This document shows positions 26,332 through 31,304 of a stretch of 31,304 nt of DNA, in pieces (within the stretch, counting starts at the first letter, position 1; each line of letters opens with the position of its first letter). The DNA lies in the NCBI GenBank assembly GCA_025363795.1, contig JANYLE010000300.1, positions 1-31,304 of the forward strand, read 5' to 3'. Source of the stretch: Mariniphaga sp. Lineage in GTDB: Bacteria > Bacteroidota > Bacteroidia > Bacteroidales > Prolixibacteraceae. Position numbers and translations under genes: made by a program. The notes under the pieces are model-generated. The model made no database searches, had not been told where the DNA came from, and saw nothing but the letters and a program-made list of their open reading frames with translations.

Positions 26332-26339
26332 TATTTTTG
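26332..26339 (+). promoter_or_regulatory. -7 promoter element of lysC (TATTTTTG)
   Basis: Perfect TAnnTTTG about 75 nt upstream of ATG 26414. Confidence 0.55.
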
Positions 26340-26413
26340 CAAAACAATCTTTTCCATAGATATGGTTAAAGATTTAAAAGACAATAGTTTTAAATAACTA
26401 AAATGAGCTTGAA

Positions 26414-27742
26414 ATGAAGGTATTTAAATTTGGTGGAACTTCTGTCGGAACTGTTGAAACGATGAAGACAGTGATGAACCTTATTGCCGATGGAGAACAA
26501 AAGCTGGTCGTATTATCGGCAATGGCCGGGACAACCAATAAGCTGGTCGAAATTTCCGATTATCTTTCAAAAAAGAACAAGGAATCGGCGTTGGGTATGA
26601 TCAATTCCCTTGAAAAAAAATACTACAATGTTGTATTTGATCTCTATACCACCAAGGAGATGAAAGAGCAGGGGAAACGGGTATTGGCAGAACGGTTTGA
26701 TTTTATTAAGTCGTTCACATCAGGTGTATTTCCCGAACATGGGGGTCGTGCTTTATTGGCCCAGGGCGAGTTGATTTCAACCGCTTTGTTCACGTTGCTG
26801 ATGCAGGAATCAGGGCATAACGCGTTGCTGTTACCTGCCCTCGAATTCATGAAGATCGATGACGATAAAATGCCCGATAATTATTACATCAAGGATAAGC
26901 TCAATGCACTGATAAAAAGCTCGCCGAAAGCCGATTATTATATCACACAAGGTTTTATCTGTCTGAATGAAGCGGGCGAGATTGATAATCTTCAGCGTGG
27001 TGGTTCCGATTATACGGCAACGTTGATCGGTGCTGCAATTAACAGCGAAGAGGTGCAGATCTGGACAGATATCGACGGGTTTCATGATAATGATCCGCGC
27101 TACGTCGAAAATACGCGAAAAGTTGACACACTTTCGTTCAATGAAGCCTCTGAGCTGGCCTATTTTGGCGCGAAGATCCTTCATCCTCAGACGGTATTGC
27201 CTGCCATGATGAATGGCATTCCCGTAAGGCTCAAAAATACAATGAACCCACCCGATCCGGGAACACTGATCACCTCGCACAGCAAGACGAAAGGGATTAA
27301 AGCAGTTGCTGCCAAAGATGGTATCACTGCGATTAAGATCCGATCGGGACGAATGCTGAATGCTTACGGATTTACCAAGAATATTTTCGAGATTTTCGAA
27401 TTCTTCAAAACCTCGATCGATATGATCACCACTTCGGAAGTGGCCGTATCGCTGACAATTGATGATCCAAAACACCTTGACGAGATTGTGGCGGAACTCA
27501 AAGAATATGGGAAAGTTGAAATTGACCGTAATCAGACCATTGTCTGTATTGTTGGAAATATGATCGCAGAAGAGAAGGGATTTGCAGCCAAGGTATTCAC
27601 CGCTTTGTCGGATATTCCGATCCGGATGATCTCTTACGGCGGCAGCCGGAACAATATCTCGGTGCTTGTTAATACCAACGACAAAAAAGCAACGCTTCAG
27701 GCGTTAAGCAGCAAACTGTTGAATTCGGAAAATCCGGACTGA
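26414..27742 (+). CDS. lysC: Aspartate kinase with C-terminal ACT domains
   Basis: MKVFKFGGTSVG, LQRGGSDYTA, IWTDIDG..DNDPR, EASELAYFGAKILHP, DMITTSEVAVSLT, RMISYGGS. Confidence 0.95.
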   Translation: MKVFKFGGTSVGTVETMKTVMNLIADGEQKLVVLSAMAGTTNKLVEISDYLSKKNKESALGMINSLEKKYYNVVFDLYTTKEMKEQGKRVLAERFDFIKSFTSGVFPEHGGRALLAQGELISTALFTLLMQESGHNALLLPALEFMKIDDDKMPDNYYIKDKLNALIKSSPKADYYITQGFICLNEAGEIDNLQRGGSDYTATLIGAAINSEEVQIWTDIDGFHDNDPRYVENTRKVDTLSFNEASELAYFGAKILHPQTVLPAMMNGIPVRLKNTMNPPDPGTLITSHSKTKGIKAVAAKDGITAIKIRSGRMLNAYGFTKNIFEIFEFFKTSIDMITTSEVAVSLTIDDPKHLDEIVAELKEYGKVEIDRNQTIVCIVGNMIAEEKGFAAKVFTALSDIPIRMISYGGSRNNISVLVNTNDKKATLQALSSKLLNSENPD

Positions 27743-27769
27743 AACAGTTAATCTGATATACGTGGGAAT

Positions 27770-27816
27770 AGGGAAAAGGGCTGAAAAGAAATTGACGGCT
27801 GTCTTTTCCCTTTTTT
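27770..27816. terminator. Imperfect hairpin between convergent lysC and HAD genes
   Basis: AGGGAAAAG (27770-27778) / CTTTTCCCT (27803-27811), followed by a T-run on the plus strand. Confidence 0.5.
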
Positions 27817-27822
27817 AGTGAT

Positions 27823-28452
27823 TTAAAACAGGATTTCATCCAAACGATCGAATACAACTGCACCTGAACTTAGCAGCCTTTCCTTTGACTGGTGTCCCTG
27901 GGCAACCAACACACAACTGCAACCAATAGCGAGGGCCACATCATAATCGTGTGTCGTATCGCCGATCAAAAGTGTCCGTTCGGGATCCAATCCTCGTTCA
28001 ACGATCAACGACTTGCCATTTTCAACCTTCGATTTTGCATAATGGTCACTTAACCCGCACAAATCTTCAAAGAAACTGCTGATTCCGTTATCATTTACGG
28101 TCTTTTCGAGTGTCTGCTGTTCCATTGCAGAAAGAATAAACTGGCGGTAACCACGCTGCTGTAACCGACTGAGTAATGGTATTACGTCTTCGTGCAGGCC
28201 ACAAGCTTCCACGGCTTTATTGTAAATGGCAATAAACTGGGATGCGGAGATTTCGAAAGGTTCGTTCTTCAGGTCGAACCCGATCTGCTCGTAATAATCC
28301 TGAACCGGGAACATAAAAACATCAAGGTAACGCTCAAGATTAAGCGGAATCAATTTCCGGTCACGTAACAACTGATTGATGGAATCTATTGCAATATGAA
28401 CATCGTTCAGCAAGGTGCCGTTCCAGTCCCAGATGATGGCATCAAATCTCAC
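27823..28452 (-). CDS. HAD-superfamily hydrolase (phosphoglycolate-phosphatase-like)
   Basis: IWDWNGTLLND motif I, ILSA, SK, IGDTTHD. Start placed at GTG 28452, which overlaps the upstream TGA as GTGA; the track uses TTG 28470. Confidence 0.85.
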   Translation of the reverse strand: MRFDAIIWDWNGTLLNDVHIAIDSINQLLRDRKLIPLNLERYLDVFMFPVQDYYEQIGFDLKNEPFEISASQFIAIYNKAVEACGLHEDVIPLLSRLQQRGYRQFILSAMEQQTLEKTVNDNGISSFFEDLCGLSDHYAKSKVENGKSLIVERGLDPERTLLIGDTTHDYDVALAIGCSCVLVAQGHQSKERLLSSGAVVFDRLDEILF

Positions 28453-29609
28453 TTCTGACTTTCCTGGCAACAGTTTTCGAAACTAAAAACAGGAGTTGAA
28501 TACATTTTCAGCCATAATTCCATGGCCTCTTCCCGGTCTTCATTCACAAGCTTCAAACGTTGGTGGGTTAATTCAATAAATAAACGCTGTTCCTCTGTCG
28601 TATATTGGTCGACATATTTATTGCAATTATAGTATAAGTCGTAGGCGATATAGTTGTTGGGATAAAGTTGGTAGTTTTTATAAATCTGGTTATCGATGTA
28701 TTCAGCGAACCGTTTTAACCGGTCATTGATGGTTCCCTCTTTTGATAAACCTTTCAATGCACTGCGACCTATTGGCTTACCAAACTGGATCTGAATCCTC
28801 CCCTTTTGGTTTTTCAAGCCGCTGACCATACTCAGCAAATCGTCTTTCTCCGTTTTCTGAAAACAGGGATCTGCCTGACGTTTCAACAGCTCTGCCACTT
28901 TTTCATTACCGCATGGTTCAATTTCGTAAGAGATCGCCATCGGAACAATGCGCAATTCCTGAAATCCCCGGACAAACTTTTGTTTGTTCGACATATTCAA
29001 CATTTTCAATAATGCCGGTGATGTTTGATCAAACCCGTCTTTTGAACGTCCTTCGCGCTGGGCAATCCAGATTGAATTTCCGTTATTGATAATTGTTTGC
29101 CTGATATAAGAGGAAAGAAGCTTTGAAGCACCGAGCATTTGCCTGACCGGGATATTCCTTTTCACGATAAATGAGCGGTTGATCCTTGATAAATCCTCAA
29201 TCCACTGATAAACGAGAAGGTTGCTTCCAATGGCAATTTCTGTAGTAGTATAACCGAATTTGTACATTTCTACATTGAGTAATGCAGAATCAAGAACGAT
29301 ATCGCGATGATTGGAAATAAACAAATAACTCTGATCTTTCTCGAGGTGTTCAAGACCTCCGATGGTTAATCCCTGAGTACTCGATTTAAGGATGTTTTCC
29401 AAAAAAGGGACCATGAACCTCCGTTGGAATGCTTCGACATCCCTGGTTTGAAGCATTGCTTCCCTGATTTCGTGAATTTTGGCCTCATTAACAAACAGGT
29501 TATTCAGCACCCTTTCAAACACGGGATCCGCCAATAACCTGGCCATGACTTCGGGAACTTCCTCATCACGATAAGGCCTTATTTCATCGTACTCATTCGA
29601 AACCAACAT
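28449..29609 (-). CDS. Glycerolipid acyltransferase family protein (PlsC/PlsB-like, HX4D)
   Basis: FISNHRDIVLD, NRSFIVKR, WIAQREGRSKDG. Confidence 0.85.
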   Translation of the reverse strand: MLVSNEYDEIRPYRDEEVPEVMARLLADPVFERVLNNLFVNEAKIHEIREAMLQTRDVEAFQRRFMVPFLENILKSSTQGLTIGGLEHLEKDQSYLFISNHRDIVLDSALLNVEMYKFGYTTTEIAIGSNLLVYQWIEDLSRINRSFIVKRNIPVRQMLGASKLLSSYIRQTIINNGNSIWIAQREGRSKDGFDQTSPALLKMLNMSNKQKFVRGFQELRIVPMAISYEIEPCGNEKVAELLKRQADPCFQKTEKDDLLSMVSGLKNQKGRIQIQFGKPIGRSALKGLSKEGTINDRLKRFAEYIDNQIYKNYQLYPNNYIAYDLYYNCNKYVDQYTTEEQRLFIELTHQRLKLVNEDREEAMELWLKMYSTPVFSFENCCQESQK

Positions 29610-29652
29610 ATATTTGTAGTTTTATTACTCTTTAGTAGGCAAAACAAATGTA

Positions 29653-29660
29653 CAAAAATA
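29653..29660 (-). promoter_or_regulatory. -7 promoter element of the acyltransferase-HAD operon (TATTTTTG)
   Basis: Perfect TAnnTTTG about 44 nt upstream of ATG 29609. Confidence 0.55.
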
Positions 29661-29766
29661 GCTGTTCGGGCGAATATCTGTTGATAAATCTTAAAATAGA
29701 CACAAAAAATCCTTTAACTAACTGATTTAAAATAACAAAAATCACATCTTCTGCCCTCTGATTAAA

Positions 29767-31304
29767 TCAAAACCTGTAATAAAGCAAGGCTCTGAGTTCC
29801 GTTCGGTTGTTTCCCATCGTCACATCGTTACCTGAACCCCACTCTGATGCTCCTTCATGAATTGTACAGCCTGCTTTCAGATAAACAGTGATCAGGGAAA
29901 CCGGGCGCCATTTTAAATTGACATAAATCCTGTGTCCTTTCCCATGAAACTCGGGGATTGAGAAACTATACAACAAATCATTCTCGTAAGTATAGATACG
30001 TGAATTGTAACCGTCTGTGGAAAAATACGCATATCTCAGCCATAGCTTCAAACTGCTGACCGGTGAATATACAATATCCTGAAAAGCAAGATATCCATCC
30101 TCATGTTGGTCGTTAAAGGAATAACCGGCATATTCAACTCTTGTACGAAGGGTGAAATTCTCACTGATTTCATATTCTGCATGAATCCTGAGCTTTGTCG
30201 TCACTTCATCATAATCATCTGCAACACCAGTAATACTACCAGCTTTCTGAGGTTTCGATTCATACTTCCCCTTTACATAAACTGAAAATCTCCTGGATAA
30301 CGCCAACTCAACCTGGGCCATATAATCGCTCCCGCTTTCGGGTGCCATTGTACTGTAAGTCAACCATGGGAAATGGTAAATATCAACATAGCAGGAGATC
30401 TTCAACTTTGGAAGCGGGTATAGCATCACGCCTGTATAAAGCCCGCTTTCGTTGCGGTTTCCCGAACTCTCGCTCAGCGAGGTTCCATAGAAGGTGTGAA
30501 ACCCGGGATCAAAATAGCGGTAGTAAACCGCCCAGCTAATCTGCGGATGTGCATGCCAGACAATTCCCTGGACACCACCGGGCTTCATGCTCTTTGATAA
30601 TCCTGCTTCACCAAAAAACTGAATTCCGGGCAGCGCTAACTGATAATCGATGCCGCCGTTAAAGTTCTCACTGCCCGAAAAGCTTTTTGCCTTATAAGGT
30701 GAAGTTCCGGCTTCCATGGGGATATTAAACTTTTGAAACGCAAACAAAGCTCCGACTCGGAACCTGCTAAATGTCAATTCGCTGTAACCGCCTGCAATTT
30801 GCTCGTTGACACTTTTCTCGTCCTCTATTTCGGAGGAAGTCCTGTGATAACCGGAGGTTTGAAGCGATGTAAAATACCGGGAATTGGCTTCAGTATCTGA
30901 AATGACATTCGCATCCCTGTTTTTATTTGAATAGAAAAGCATCAGTTTAAACGGACCGCTTCCCAACGTTGTGGAGATCCCTCTGAAGAAACGATTTTCG
31001 TCAGTCGAAGTATAGGGCCGTACCCCCTGACTAAATTTCATAATTCCCAACACTTCGCCCGATTTCCCCATCCCGGAACCTGTCCAGAAACTCACACCCT
31101 GGCCGAACCGAAGCAGGTAATCACCCACGGTCACCTGGCGGATAAAGCCCTTCCCTTTCCACGAAAGAAAGCCCGAATAGTAATCAAACCCAAGCTTATT
31201 ACTTCCTTTGAAAAATGCTTCACCAGCATCGTGGTCTGTAATTAATCCCAATTCAAATTTCCCGGGAATTTCGAGGTGATAACGATTATATAAAGAGACC
31301 GGCA
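29767..31304 (-). CDS. Outer-membrane beta-barrel protein of the Bacteroidota family usually annotated helix-hairpin-helix/ComEA-domain protein; N-terminus beyond window
   Basis: Frame stays open past the track's TTG 31251 to the edge (PVSLYNRYHLEIPGKFELGLITDHDAGE). Motifs GDYLLRFGQG, PYTSTDENRFFRG, NESGLYTG, RIYTYENDLLYSFS; C-terminal YYRF. Confidence 0.7.
   Translation of the reverse strand, partial: PVSLYNRYHLEIPGKFELGLITDHDAGEAFFKGSNKLGFDYYSGFLSWKGKGFIRQVTVGDYLLRFGQGVSFWTGSGMGKSGEVLGIMKFSQGVRPYTSTDENRFFRGISTTLGSGPFKLMLFYSNKNRDANVISDTEANSRYFTSLQTSGYHRTSSEIEDEKSVNEQIAGGYSELTFSRFRVGALFAFQKFNIPMEAGTSPYKAKSFSGSENFNGGIDYQLALPGIQFFGEAGLSKSMKPGGVQGIVWHAHPQISWAVYYRYFDPGFHTFYGTSLSESSGNRNESGLYTGVMLYPLPKLKISCYVDIYHFPWLTYSTMAPESGSDYMAQVELALSRRFSVYVKGKYESKPQKAGSITGVADDYDEVTTKLRIHAEYEISENFTLRTRVEYAGYSFNDQHEDGYLAFQDIVYSPVSSLKLWLRYAYFSTDGYNSRIYTYENDLLYSFSIPEFHGKGHRIYVNLKWRPVSLITVYLKAGCTIHEGASEWGSGNDVTMGNNRTELRALLYYRF

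Noticed and set aside
26260-26413. Lysine riboswitch upstream of lysC
   Set aside because: The predicted leader is only about 65-70 nt and AT-rich, far too short for that riboswitch.
26831-27475. 214-aa antisense ORF inside lysC
   Set aside because: Fully overlaps a conserved enzyme on the opposite strand and has no motifs.
1-31304. tRNA, rRNA, IS elements, prophage genes
   Set aside because: None recognised; intergenic gaps are short or accounted for.

Overview
Bacteroidota genomic window; the AT-rich start contexts and TAnnTTTG promoter elements fit this phylum. Bases 1-24764 are a polysaccharide utilization locus (PUL) that runs off the left edge. One minus-strand run holds GH88, SusC, SusD, two surface lipoproteins, six polysaccharide-lyase-like genes (four heparinase II/III-type including a tandem paralog pair, one PL8, one alginate-lyase-toroid/beta-helix fusion) and a GH43-like propeller. 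A divergent hybrid two-component system (HTCS) lies opposite, with candidate operator repeats between them. The likely target is a uronic-acid polysaccharide; no sulfatase is visible. Between the HTCS and lysC is an unexplained ~1.6 kb cassette: an uncharacterised 245-aa helical protein, a strong terminator, and an 11 x 21-nt tandem array with higher-order structure. The array reads as a hydrophobic heptad peptide on the minus strand and as serial 3-codon minigenes on the plus strand. The right end is housekeeping: lysC, a HAD hydrolase, an acyltransferase and a truncated outer-membrane protein. CAZy family numbers beyond PL8 and GH88 are motif-based inference; no searches were run.
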